DNA of 64,000 nt from the human T2T-CHM13v2.0 reference genome, Homo sapiens: NCBI RefSeq assembly GCF_009914755.1, contig NC_060938.1. One strand, given 5' to 3'. This document shows, piece after piece, positions 1-27,490 of this stretch (positions are counted from its first letter, which is position 1; every line of letters begins with the position of its first letter). Made by a program: the position numbers and the translations under genes. The notes under the pieces were generated by a model, which worked only from the letters and a program-made list of their open reading frames with translations, did not search any database and was not told the origin of the DNA.

Positions 1-41
1 GGACAGGGCACTTCCTGGCAACTCAGGCAACATTATTGTGA

Positions 42-440
<399 letters not shown>

Positions 441-580
441 GTATCTAACCAATTACTTGAGAAGAGCACTAACTCAGTTGTTGAATTTAAAGGAACACTT
501 TTATATGTATAATGCATTCCATTTTCCTTCTCTGTGAACTGTCTCAGGTATTATGCCTATTTTTCAAAAATCTGGGTTGT

Positions 581-1570
<990 letters not shown>

Positions 1571-1640
1571 GTTCATATCAGCTCACGTGCTCTATCAAGA
1601 AGCACTGAAAAGCTGGCATATAAAAAAAAAAAACCCTAGG

Positions 1641-2240
1641 GACTGGGCGTGGTGGCTTACACCTGAATCCCAGCACTTTGGGAGGCAAGAGTATCATTTG
1701 AGCCTAAGAGTTCAAGACCAGTCTGGGGAAACACAGTGAGACTTAATTGCTACATTTTTTTTTTTTTTTTTTTGAGACAGAGTCTCACTGTGTCGCCCAG
1801 GCTGGAGTGCAGTGGCGCGATCTCGGCTCACTGCAAGCTCCACCTCCCGGGTTTTACGCCATTCTCCTGCCTCAGCCTCCCGAATAGCTGGGACTACAGG
1901 TGTGCACCACCTACGCCCGGCTAATTTTATTTTTAGTAGAGATGGGATTTCACTGTGTTAGCCAGGATGGTCTCGATTTCCTGACCTTGTGGTCCGCCCA
2001 CCATGGCCTCCCAAAGTGCTGGGATTACAGGCGTGAGCCGCCGCGCCCAGCCTCCTTTTTTTTTAATTAGCCGGGTGTGGTGGCACACATCCATAGTCCC
2101 AGCGACTAGAGAGGCTGAGGCAGGAGGATTGCTTGAGCCCAGGAGGTTGAAGCTGCAGTAAGCCATGACTGCACAATGCACTCCAGCCTGGGTGACAGAG
2201 CAAGACCCTGTCTCAAAAAGAGAAAAATGAAAAAAAAAAA
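1641..2240. mobile_element. AluJ (+) split at its linker by an inverted AluY (1756-2052, -)
   Basis: Left arm 1641-1745 and right arm 2066-2240. The insert has AluY diagnostics (caagctcc, ccattctcc). Confidence 0.88.
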
Positions 2241-2643
2241 AGATTAAAAATGCTAGAATGATCTGGGGGATAGATTGGTTAACAGATTTCAGCCAATTCT
2301 GTTTTTAGTCTCACCATTTTCAAAAGTATTAACACCTGCAATTTCTTAAACTTCCCTAGCTTCTTTGGCATGAGTCAGACTTACTGTTACCTTAGATTTT
2401 AGCTTTTTGAGGTCTGCTAAGTCATTAACCACCCATCCATCTGTGTTGAACATTCCAAAATATTACAATGCTATCACATCCTGTTCTTCAACCTTGTAGC
2501 TTTAAGCTATTTTATCCCTTTTCATTGTAATTTTAGTGTAATTTCAGGAAAGAACAAAGATTGATACGGATGCATGTATGGTTTATTCATACTACTTAAG
2601 CAGAAGTCCATGATACTTTTAGTCTATAAAATAGCATTTCTCA

Positions 2644-2808
2644 TTAGCCAGGCATGACAGTGCACATCTGTAATTGCAGCTACTCAGGAAGCTGAGATGG
2701 AAGGATCCCTTTAGCCCAGGAGTTTGAGGCTACGACTGCCATTGCGCTCAAGCCTGGATGACAGAGCGAGACCCTGTCTCAAAACAATCAAAGCAAAAAA
2801 AAAAAAAG
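2644..2808 (+). mobile_element. Alu right monomer/FRAM
   Basis: Right-arm motifs and A-tail. Confidence 0.85.
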
Positions 2809-3292
2809 TTTCTCCTCTGTGAGTCTACAGAAACCTAGAGTTCCGTAAAATGTCACTAAGGGCTTCATGAGATATTGTAACTGAAAAAAATTAGCATTTT
2901 TGAACTTCATACAGAACATGATATTAGCATTTAGAGTGACAGACAATGGCCAAGCAGCCCTGTTAGCAATGTCAACAGTGGTCTCTCAGCCCTGAATGGC
3001 TGTGTGCAGGACCACGTTCCTTTGATAAAGTTCATTCTCAATCAGGAGTTGGTAGATGGTGAGAGTATTGCAGGGAGGAGAGGATGGTGGGCTGATGGCA
3101 TTAGCTTCTCCCTCCAGAAACATCTTCCCCAACACCTCTTTATATGCTAATGACTGATTTATAGCAACAAACAAGCTCTAGCTCTGAAATAGGAATCTTG
3201 GAATTTTTCATTCTACTGAGAGAATATTTATACCTCATGAGCTGACTCCCTGGCTCTGCTATTGTTAACACTTAAAAATACACATTGGGTAG

Positions 3293-3916
<624 letters not shown>

Positions 3917-3981
3917 TGCAATTCTTGCTTAGTTATTAATTATGTCTTCCTGCTTTATATTGTATTAGTGTTTATGTCTTA

Positions 3982-4445
<464 letters not shown>

Positions 4446-4447
4446 TC

Positions 4448-4605
4448 TGCTATGGTCTGAATGTTTGTGTTCCCCTAAAATTCATATGTTGAAACTGAAT
4501 CCCCAATGTGGTAATATTAGGAGGTGGGGTCTTTGAGAAGCGATTAGGTCATGAGAGCTCTATCTTCATAAATGGGTTTAGTGCCCCTACAAAAGAGGCC
4601 CAAGA
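4448..4605 (+). mobile_element. MaLR LTR 5' part (MLT1A/MSTD-like)
   Basis: Begins tgctatggtctgaatgtttgtgttcccctaaaattcatatgttgaaa. Confidence 0.85.
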
Positions 4606-5846
4606 CATGGTGGCCCACGGCTGTAATCCCAGCACTTTGGGAGGCCAAGGCAGGTGGATCGCTTGAGCTCAGGAGTTTGAGGTCAGCCTGGGCAACATAG
4701 CAAAACCCCATCTTTACTAAAAGTGCAGAAAACTAGCCTGGGAGGTGGAGGTTGCAGTGAGCCAAGATGGTACCACTGCACTCCAGCCTGCGTGACAGAA
4801 TGAGACCTTGTCTCAAAAGTAAACAGGCTGAGCGTGGGTGGCTCACGCCTGTGATCCCAGCACTTTGGGAAGCCAAGGCAAGCGGATCACTTGAGGTCAG
4901 GAGTTGGAGACCAGCCTGGTAAACATGGCGAAACCTCATCTCTACAAGAAATACACAAAAATTAGCCGGGTGTGATGGCGTGCCTGTAATACAGCTATAA
5001 ACTTGTGTTTATACTTAAGATTTATAACTCTAAATCTTCAGTGCAACCAAAGAATTTGATGTCAAGACAAGAGATAAAACTTTGTGAGCTACACAATCTA
5101 AGCACAGATTCAAGGTATAAGTGATTGTAATTTACTGTTCCATTCCTAGGTAAGTTCTAGATTTGCATAAAGAAAATCCTGCCATTCATAGAAATATAAT
5201 GCACATTATGCTGCTGACTTTTTTCTTCTTCTTTTTTTTTTTTTAAGAGATGGGGTCTCACTCTGCCACCCAGGCTAAAGTGCAGTGATATGATCATAGC
5301 TCACTGTAGCCTTGAACTTCCGGGCTCAAGGGATCCTCCTGCCTCAGCCTACTGTAGCTGGGACTACAGGCGCAAACAATCACGCCTGGCTCTAGCTTTG
5401 TCTTATTTAACAAACATCAAAGGCAAAAACAGAAACGGTCTCATCTTAGTTGAAAATGAAATCTGTCTGTGCTTAGCTCAAGTTCATATCAGAACTAAGT
5501 ATCTGTAGAGCAAAAAACAATGACAAGTTAAACATTAAAGAAGTAAATTTCAGCCGGGAGCAGTGGCTCACGCCTATAATCCCAGCACTTTGGGAGGCCA
5601 AGGCGGGCAGATCATGGGGTCAGGAATTCGAGACCAGCCTGGCCAACATGGTGAAATCCCGTCTCTACTAAAAATACAAAACTTAGCCAGGCGTGGTGGC
5701 ACACGCCTATAATCCCAGCTACTCGGGAGGCTGAGGTGGAGAATAGCTTGAACCCACGAGGTGGAGGTTGTAGTGAGCCGAGATCCTGCCAGGGCACTCC
5801 AGCCTGGGACAGAGCAAGACTCCGTCTCAAAACAAACAAACAAACA
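4606..5846. mobile_element. Alu group: 4606-4820 + (internally deleted), 4826-4997 + (left arm), 5220-5392 - (monomer), 5553-5846 +
   Basis: Alu motifs. The last copy has TSD AGAAGTAAATTTCA. Confidence 0.9.
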
Positions 5847-6274
5847 AAATATATATATAGAAGTAAATTTCATTCCATATTTTTAGTTTTGAAAGTAGCA
5901 TTTTTTTATATACACATATGCCTATAAAAAGATTTTTAAAAGCAAGTGTATTGGCCTTTTCTAACTGCAAGGCCTATATTTAGCTAAATCATGTTTCTCA
6001 GTTTTGCATAAAATTGTGTCTTAGGCCACATTTTTATTCACATTGCTTAGGCTTATCATTTAGTAGCTTTATTTTTAGTTGTTTTACTAATCAACATTGT
6101 CAGTAAATTTTCATTTTTTTACATTAAAATCAACTTTTAAACTTTTACATTTATTAAAATCAATTTACAACCTATATTTAAATATACCAAGTCTGAACAT
6201 AACCTAATAAAAATTAAAACCCATTTTGTCTTAAGCCAGTTATTTAACAGAAATTTATTGTTTCCCTCTATTCA

Positions 6275-6276
<2 letters not shown>

Positions 6277-6320
<44 letters not shown>
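6277..6320. repeat. (GT)~22 microsatellite at an Alu tail
   Basis: Read directly from the sequence. Confidence 0.97.
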
Positions 6321-6321
<1 letters not shown>

Positions 6322-6322
<1 letters not shown>

Positions 6323-7188
6323 TTTTTTAAAGACAGGGTCGCACTCTGTCCTCTGTCACCCAGGCTGGAGCACTGAAGTGCAGTGGTGTGATCAAGCGAT
6401 CGTCCCACCTCAACCTCTCTAGTAGCTGGGACTACAGGCATGTGCCACCACGCCCAGCTAATTTTTGTATTTTTTGTAGAGATGGGGTTTGGCCACATTG
6501 CCAAGGTTGGTCTCGAAGTTCTGGGCTCAAGCAATCTGCCCGCCTTGGCCTCAAGTGCTGGGATTACAGGTGTGAGCTACTGCACCTGGCAAAATTTTGA
6601 GAAGATTAATTTCAAGAAAGCTTCGCTATATTTTTTTAAGGAAGTTTAACTGAACATAATTTTTGTTTTAAAGTAGAAAAAACACAACCCGATCAACATG
6701 ACAAGACCCTGTCTCTACAAAAAATAAATAAATAAAAGGATTGTCTGGGCACTGTGCAGTTTGCCTGTGCTCCCAGCTACTTGTGAGGCTGAGATGGAAG
6801 GATCCCTTGAGCCCAGGAGTTTAAGGCTGCAGTGAGCTATGATCATACCACTTCACTCCAACCTGGGCAACTGAGCAAGACTCTGTCTCAAAAAAAAGAA
6901 AAAGAGGCTGGGTGCAGTGGCTCATGCCTGTAATCCCAGCACTTTGGGAGGCCGAGGCAGGTGGATCACGAGGTCAGGAGTTCGAGACCAGCCTGGCCAA
7001 TATGGTGAAACCTCGTCTCTACTAAAAAATGCAAAAAATTAGCCGGGCATGGTGGCGCATGCCTGTAGTCCCAGCTACTCAGGGAGGCTGAGGCAGGAGA
7101 ATCACTGGAACCTGGGAGGCAGAGGTTGCAGTCAACTGAGAATGCGCCACTGCACTCCAGCTTGGGCGACAGGGCGAGACTCTGTCAT
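6322..7188. mobile_element. Alu group: 6322-6590 -, 6686-6903 + (5' truncated), 6906-7188 +
   Basis: Alu motifs. Confidence 0.9.
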
Positions 7189-7350
7189 AGAAAAGGGGAA
7201 GGGAAGGAAGGGGAGGGGAGGGAAGGGGAGGGAAGGCAATGGGAGGGGAGGGGAGGGGAGGGAAAGGAGGGGAAGGGAAGAGAAGGGAGAGAAGGGAAGA
7301 AAAGGGAAGAGAAGTGAGGAAAGGAAAGAAAAGGAAAGAAAAGGAAAAAA
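7189..7350. repeat. Polypurine GA-rich tract derived from an Alu tail
   Basis: About 160 bp of GGGGA/GGAAG/GAAAA units with only a few pyrimidines. Confidence 0.95.
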
Positions 7351-7356
7351 CACTAC

Positions 7357-7722
7357 TGATCTGGTTAGGTTTTATGTCCCCACCCAAATCTCATCTTGAA
7401 TTGTAATCCCCATAATCCCCACATGTCAAGGGAGAGACCAGATGGAGGTCACTGAATCATGGAGGTGGTTTCTCATGATAGTGAGTGAGTTCTCATGAAA
7501 ACTGATGGTTTTAGAAGGGGCTCTTCCCCCTTCACTTGACATTTCTCCTTCCTGCCACCTTGTGGAGGAGCTGCCTTGCTTTCCCTTCACCTTCTGTCAT
7601 GATTGTAAGTTTCCTGAGGCCTCCCCAGCCTTGCAGAACTGTGAGTAAATTAAACCTTTTTCCTTTATAAATCATTCCATCTCTGGCAGTTCTTTATAGC
7701 AGTATGAAAATGGACTAACTAC
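7357..7722 (+). mobile_element. THE1D/MST-type MaLR solo LTR
   Basis: ccccacccaaatctcatcttgaattgta...catgattgtaagtttcctgaggcctccccagcc...attaaacc. Confidence 0.92.
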
Positions 7723-7952
7723 CCTATACATATCATGTAATATAAAATATACCTAATTAGCATCTTGTATAATGGAAATCTATTATAAGACTTTTAGGAA
7801 CTTTAAATAAGGTTAAAAAACCTCAAGTAGGAAACTTAACAAAAGATAAAAATGGAAGGTTTTATCTACCTTACTGACTGCCATTAGAACTGACACCTGT
7901 GTGGGGAAGGGAACCACACAGAGTAGCTAATGACCTGGCCAAATTAACAGAC

Positions 7953-8326
7953 TGTTACAGGCTGAACTGTGTCCCCGCTAAATTCATCTGTTGTAGTCCT
8001 GACCTCAAGTACCTCGAAATTTAACTGTATTTGGAGACAGGACTTTTAAAGAGGCAAGAAGATAAAATGAAGAGATCAAAGTGGCCCCTAATCCAATATG
8101 ACTAGTGTCCTTACAAGAGGGGGAGGTTTGTCCACAGACAGGCATGGAGGGAAGAAAAGAAAACCATCTACAAGTCAAAGAGAGAGAGAGTCTTCAGAAT
8201 AAACCAAGCCTGCTGACACCTTCATCTCAGACTTCTGGCCTCCATCACTGTGAGAAAATAAATTACTGTTGTTTAAGCCACCCAGTCTGTGGCACTTTGT
8301 TACGGCAGCCTCAGCAAAATAATGCA
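7953..8326 (+). mobile_element. MLT1B-like MaLR solo LTR
   Basis: TG...CA ends, taatccaatatgact and tgttgtttaagccacccagtctgtgg motifs, flanks CAGAC/CAGAT. Confidence 0.9.
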
Positions 8327-8434
8327 CAGATCCACAGTGAAACGGCTCTACTGGAAAGCACTGATAATTACTATTGAAGGATTCTATCTACGACATACTG
8401 ATCATACTAATGTCAGCAGTTATGGGGGCAGTAA

Positions 8435-9352
<918 letters not shown>

Positions 9353-9994
9353 TGTATCATGTTTTGATAAATACAACGACAGTATTAGAGCACAGGGACA
9401 CTAACACCCTTTGAGATTCACGGAAGGGATGAGAGGCAAAGAATAAATAGATGTTAGCCAAGCTCCTAGGGATTGTTCTAGACAACGAAGGAGCATGTAC
9501 AAAAGCCACGGTAAATGTACTGTGCTGTGACTCTGTGCTCCAGGGTGGTAGTCCTCATCCTTGAGGAGGTAAAACTAAGTTATGATTTGAGATGGGCTGG
9601 GAGACAAGGATGGCACCAACCGAGTGACTCGTATGAGAGAGACAAGCATTCTCAAGAGGCCATAGACCATTTAGGGCTATAATACTCGTGTAAAAATTTT
9701 ATTCCCTTACAATGGGAAGGCAGATGAGGAATTAGAATTGATAACAAGTAACAGAGAACAAAAGTGCTAAGAGGCTAGAGAAGAAAAAAAACAAGGGAAT
9801 GAATGATCAGGCTCTAACACTGCTCCCCTTAAAAACGTTAATTACAATTACTTAACTGCCTGCTTCCTGTAGCTGTCATTAGGCTAACAATTGAGGGCCT
9901 GTCCTTTTACTTCTAATTTAGTAATAGTCCAATGTTTATCAAAGTCAAGTTTCTCTCCATGTATCCTTAAAATTCTTTACTCTGAATTCTAAGT

Positions 9995-11228
<1,234 letters not shown>

Positions 11229-11393
11229 TATACAAAAAAGCATTTTGTAAAACTCAGTCCTGTGCAATATAATTACATTTATTTTAATTACTCAGTTCTT
11301 TATTACCACAGATAACTAAGAACTACAAGCAATATTTTCCATTTGATAAATACTAAATTATATGTACTTAGTTACTTTTTTTCCCCATCTTTA

Positions 11394-11460
11394 TCAGAAA
11401 AAAAGCAAATCCAGCACAAGCTTAGCTAAAAGATGGTGATTTGATTTTATCAATGTAACA
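11394..11460 (-). pseudogene. SNORD51: Degenerate SNORD51 (U51)-like C/D box snoRNA retrocopy
   Basis: Minus strand TGTTACATTGATAAAATCAAATCACCATCTTTTAGCTAAGCTTGTGCTGGATTTGCTTTTTTTCTGA resembles U51 as I recall it. Terminal D box CTGA intact; C box and D' box damaged. Flanked by direct repeat ATCTTTA (11387-11393, 11461-11467). Confidence 0.8.
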
Positions 11461-11484
11461 ATCTTTACAGGACCTAATACATAC

Positions 11485-11632
11485 CATTTCCCCTCCACAC
11501 TTCAGCTAAATGGCAGCTGCCTTCTCCAGGTTCCTTGCAAAATTCTACAACATCTCGACAGGTTGTTTCCGGTGTTATAGGAACTTCTGTTAAAATCTGT
11601 TCATTGTTGCTCAAGAAAACAGTTAATATCAT
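11485..11632 (-). CDS. PPP1R13B: PPP1R13B exon 2 (148 bp), start of the N-terminal ubiquitin-like/Ras-association domain
   Basis: Acceptor ctcttttgtcttacag|ATG and donor GAAATG|gtatgt. Open frame [49 protein letters not shown] plus 1 nt (49 codons + phase 1). Confidence 0.97.
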
Positions 11633-11729
11633 CTGTAAGACAAAAGAGTAAAGCTGTAATTTAGATTCCTTATCACAAACAGATTAATCTGTAAATTTAA
11701 AGTGATCCCTCTACCCACCCCCCGCCCCC

Positions 11730-12800
<1,071 letters not shown>

Positions 12801-12821
12801 TAAAAATCGTCTAGCCTTACT

Positions 12822-13730
<909 letters not shown>

Positions 13731-13886
13731 TTTTTTGTTTTTTTTTTTTTTTAATTTCAAAAAAATACTAACACTTTGATCTAGCATCTTAAGACATCAT
13801 ATTGGAAGGAAATTTTTTTTTCCCCTTTTCCTCAGTGGAACAATGAAAGAGATACTTTAAAAACAATACACCTAAAGTAAAAATTA

Positions 13887-15270
<1,384 letters not shown>

Positions 15271-16320
15271 TACCATTTCATTTTCTAAAAGTCAAATAAA
15301 GTTATTCCCTTGCTTAAAATATTTAAGAGCTCCCCACTGCCCAACACCAGCCCTTCCCAAAACACCTTCGCTGGTATATAAGCAGGAGATAGGTTTCTTA
15401 ACTGAGCACTCCTTAAGAGTCTAATGTAATGATCATATATATTTCTTTTTTCCCTCCAGGGAATCTCATGAGGCTTGGATTTCTATAAAATATACTCTGA
15501 GAAAACCTTCCAGGTTCTAAGTCTCTCCAAGCACTAAACCTCCCTCCATCAGCATCAATGGAGTTCTCTCTGGCAGCCGTCCCTCTGCCCAAGTACCCTT
15601 CCTGTTTGCCTGTAAATTCCTATTCACAATTCAAAACTCAGCTCCTAACTACCATTTTTGCAAAAACATCCCTTTACCGCCTCCGCTCACCAGGGAGGCC
15701 ACATGCTCCTTCCTTTACGATCCAGTGGCTCTTCACACAGATCTCTATTGCATCACCTCAATGACTCCCTCCCTTTATAGACTCTGCACTCTTCCAAGCA
15801 CTTCACTTTTGAGTCTTTAATTTCCCATTGCTGAGTCAGGACCTGACGCATAGGAGGCACACTAAAATCTGGTCAACTCCATGAATGACACACAAATATA
15901 GAACCCCCACCATGCCCTAAGTTGAGAAAAAATATATACACACACAATTGAAGTAAGATATATCCAGTCTGTTCAATAAACAAGCATCATCCCTCTTCCC
16001 TGAGCACATTTCTATTTTACAATAAATTTTTTAAAAATTAAGTAACAGTTACCTCTGCTCACTAACCTGTAAGAAGAATTTATAAAAACTGGGGATTTTT
16101 GTATACTGAAATAAGTAGCCTGGAATCTACAGAATTTGGAATAAAACAGGTAATCACTGGATCCAGCTCAAACCAAGGCCAAGACTAATACTTTAACAGT
16201 TTCATCAGAAACAACTGGAATATAGTTTTATTCTTACTTATACACATTTATTCTACAGTTGTAATGGTAAATATTTTCCAATGTGACTTCACAATCTATG
16301 CTCTTAAAGATCTAGTAATA

Positions 16321-16452
16321 TCGGGAGGCTGAGGCAGGACAATGGCGTGAACCCGGGAGGCGGAGCTTGCAGTGAGCCAAGATAGCACCACTGCAGTCAG
16401 GCCTGGGCAAAAGAGTGAGACTCTGTCTCAAAAACAACAACAACAACAAAAA
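16321..16452 (+). mobile_element. 5'-truncated AluY (Yk-like)
   Basis: gatagcaccactgcagtcaggcctgggcaaaagag diagnostics. TSD AAAGATCTA[G/A]TAATA. Confidence 0.85.
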
Positions 16453-17253
16453 GATCTAATAATAAATTTTCCCAAATCATGCTTTATAAATTGAAGTTTC
16501 AAATGAGTAAAAAAATTTTTTTTTACTACCTTCCCTTATATACTATTCCTACAGTTCACTAGCAACAAGCAGAATGCCCTGTTTCACTCAGTACTTCGGA
16601 ATCGGTTTTTCTTCCTTGTTCCTTACCCTTCTACCCACTAAGGCATCCCACGGTTTGCTCTCAACGCTCTGAGCTAGCAAAACATTTGCACAATCATTGC
16701 CTCATGAATATAGCACGCGTAAAGCAGTACCCTTAGGCACTCACAGAGGCACAGCTTGTGCTTACTTGCTCTGAAACGCGGAATTCTTTATGAATGCATT
16801 GTCAGAATGAAGGATGGTATGGCAGCATTTTGGGGTACCTTCTGAATTACCAAGACTCTTCAGCTCATGAGTAAGTTCAATGTGATGAGGGAGGGGGAGA
16901 GGCACGATGACAGGTTGTAAATCTGGATATTTTTAAAAGCGAAGAACACCCAAATAACTTATCCAAAAGTCACTAAACATTATTTCAATTTCTTGTGTTC
17001 CATTTTATCACTCGCAATAACCCTGTCTTTCCTAATTTTAGCAAAATTCATTTTCCCTAATCTCTATTATTCAAGCTAATTTCATTATAATCATGGCAGA
17101 CTTTAAAGCTTTCTAGAGAAATTAAGCTGGTTTTGACCTGGATGACCCTAAAGCATCACCGAAAACTGAAGCTGAAAAGCCGTGTGACTGCTAATGTTAT
17201 TCTAGTAAGATTTCTTCAGCTTAAACATGACTAAAGAAGCTCCAAAACAAATA

Positions 17254-17395
17254 TAGTGTATTGATTCTAGATGCACTTGCTTGTATTTTAATAACATCTT
17301 TGAAATCATAGTACACCTCACGATGGCATGACACAATTTAATGGGTAGCATATTTTTTTCTTTAATAGTATGTACAAAACAGATGAAATTCAGTA
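17254..17395 (+). mobile_element. MER104-like (TcMar-Tc2) DNA transposon relic
   Basis: attgattctagatgcac...taacatctttgaaatc...gatggcatgacacaatttaat...gatgaaattcagta is colinear with the recalled consensus. Confidence 0.65.
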
Positions 17396-17482
17396 GGATT
17401 AAGGAAACTAAATGAAAAAAGAAAACAAGTTAATACGTTTATCCTTCCTAAATGATTAATATGTTAAAAATAAAAGATTTGG

Positions 17483-17810
<328 letters not shown>

Positions 17811-18562
17811 AAGATTTGGTTAGCTACAGTTAGGAAAACAAAAATTTCTAATTGTGTGCTGTAACAAATATAGCATGTAATGACAAGATGCCCTACTTAT
17901 GCCTTTCCTCAAACTGCTTCTCTGCCCTGATGAATCACACAACAAATCCTGCCCCTTTCTGCTCACTGACAGTACTCTCTACCCATCCTGACCTGACCTG
18001 AGAAAGACTGGAACCAATGTCTGCCCATCTTGACCCAACCTCAGATAAAGCCTCCTCTTCTCCCCTGCTGTAACAGACTGTGGCTATTTATAATACAACT
18101 TTCTTACATTAAATTATCAATAGTTTTCTTGACTACATCCTCTACTGGAACAGTATCTGTGACTCATTACCTGGTCTTGAAATCATCTAAGTGTGTCTTA
18201 ACTTGCTCCATTTTTTTTTTCATTCAAAAAAGTTGGAAAATATCATACTAGACCATAAGGACAATACTTGTGTTCTCCAGCTCAGTGCCTGGACACACAG
18301 TGGTGCTCAAGAAATGCAGGATGAGGCAGGCAGAAAACTGACAACCATTATTAAGTAGCTTAAGACGTCATCTTACCCTTGCTTTCAGGAACATCTGAAC
18401 TAAGAAAATCAACTGAAATCAAATAATCACTAATTTAAGTAATCCACACAGATATTTTAACATTTTTACAAACTTGGTATTTAAACTATTTTCTTGGCAA
18501 TCCAAGGAAACCAAAGCAAAACACAAATTGAGGATGTATAAGCTATTAAAAAACAGGAATTA

Positions 18563-20172
<1,610 letters not shown>

Positions 20173-20894
20173 AAAGTAGGATATATAAAACTTCTAGAAA
20201 AGGAATTCAGAAACTTGACTTACATGGTACAAAGAACCCTGGAATAGGAAGCCCAAGTTCTATCCTTAGCTATGGCATTGACTGCTGCAACTGGCTGGGG
20301 AAGCTGCTCCTTAGTCTATCTCTGGGTCTTGGTTTCTTGGCAAGAACTCAGCAGATAATATGAAACACATATTTGCAGGAAAATGGCTCTCAGGCTTTTC
20401 TGGCCCAACCCAATCAGTTAAAGTATTAGATCCCCCAGCTCACCTATACCATCTACTACTTCTTTCTGGTGGAAAAGGAGCTCAGGGATAACAAAAAATA
20501 ACTGAAGAGAAATAAGGTGATAAAAGCTATACTAAATTTTAGTAACTTGCAATAACTCACTTGGTAGGTTATGAGTAAATAGCTCATAAAAGCCACAGAA
20601 AGGATCAGTTGGGGTGAGGGTGGGTGAACACCAGGAAGACCCCTTTAGCTTTCCAGCAGGCCACGCACCCCAAAATGAGAATTGATGCTAAGGTCCCTTC
20701 TGGCCCTGATTGCAACTCAGTTCACCAATTTAAAATCTCAGAAACATTAGAGCTGTAAGGAAAACTAAGTCTAAGCCATCACCCTAAATGCTTCATCTCA
20801 CTTTCCTCAATTAGCCTCTCAAAGACTGAAAAACACACCTGGGAGTTGCTGTCATCCACACAGAAAAAGGAGAATAAAATAAAGGATTGGCTCA

Positions 20895-22377
<1,483 letters not shown>

Positions 22378-22471
22378 TAGTGTGAAAGTCAGGAGCCTTG
22401 AACATAACTATGTGGTATTCGGCAGATTTCACTCAAACCTAGAGAAACAATGGATGTCCCTTGCTCTAAAG

Positions 22472-22696
22472 CAGGGGTGTCCCAACTTTGGGCTTCCCTG
22501 GGCCACACTGGAGAATTGTCTTGGGCTACACATAAAATACACTAACACTAATGATAGCCAATGAGTTAGAAAAAAAGATCATTAAAAAACATATATATAT
22601 CATGATGTTTTAAGAAAGTTTACTAATTTGTGTTGGGCTGCATTCAAAGCTGTCCTGGGCCTCCTGTGGCCCGGTGCCATGGGTTGGACAAGCTTG
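22472..22696 (+). mobile_element. MER30 hAT-Charlie MITE
   Basis: caggggtgtcc...cttccctgggccaca...cataaaatacactaacactaatgatagc...ttggacaagcttg. 8-bp flanks CTCTAAAG/AGCTAAAG. Confidence 0.92.
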
Positions 22697-22994
22697 AGCT
22701 AAAGCTTCTTTCCACAAGGTGGCACTGCAGGGTAACGGGGGTGAGTTCAGCACTACCCCCTTCCCCTGACACAAATTTTAGGGATGAAGAATTAACTCCA
22801 AGGAAAATAAAGGTACAGTTTAGTAAGATCATATTAAGTTCAATTTCCATAATTAGGGCTTGTATTATTTTGGAAAAGGAATAAAATTAACCTTAGAGCA
22901 ATGAAAATTTTTTTCTAAATAAATAAGACTGTAGAAGTACATATTTAACCCTCTTACGAAGGCAGAGACAGCTATACACCCATTTTTTTTAATG

Positions 22995-25250
<2,256 letters not shown>

Positions 25251-25356
25251 AGAAAATTACTGCTTGAAATAATGGTTGCTTTACTAATGTTGATCACGTG
25301 AATATTATGGAAGCAGAACAAACACTGAATTTTAAACCACAGACTATGACCTCTTA

Positions 25357-27366
<2,010 letters not shown>

Positions 27367-27490
27367 AGCACAAATCCAGAAGAGAGTCCCCACTGTACTT
27401 TCACGTCCCCACCGTACTTTCTGCTCCATCTTTCTGTATATCTAAAACTTCTATAAAAAATAAGACAGTACACTGCCCATGGAAAGGGTA

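Noticed and set aside
2940-3180. Unique segment with CCTTTGAT and TGATTTAT motifs and a 62-aa minus-strand ORF
   Set aside because: Short motifs are expected by chance, there are no convincing splice sites, and the peptide does not match ASPP1 as I recall it.
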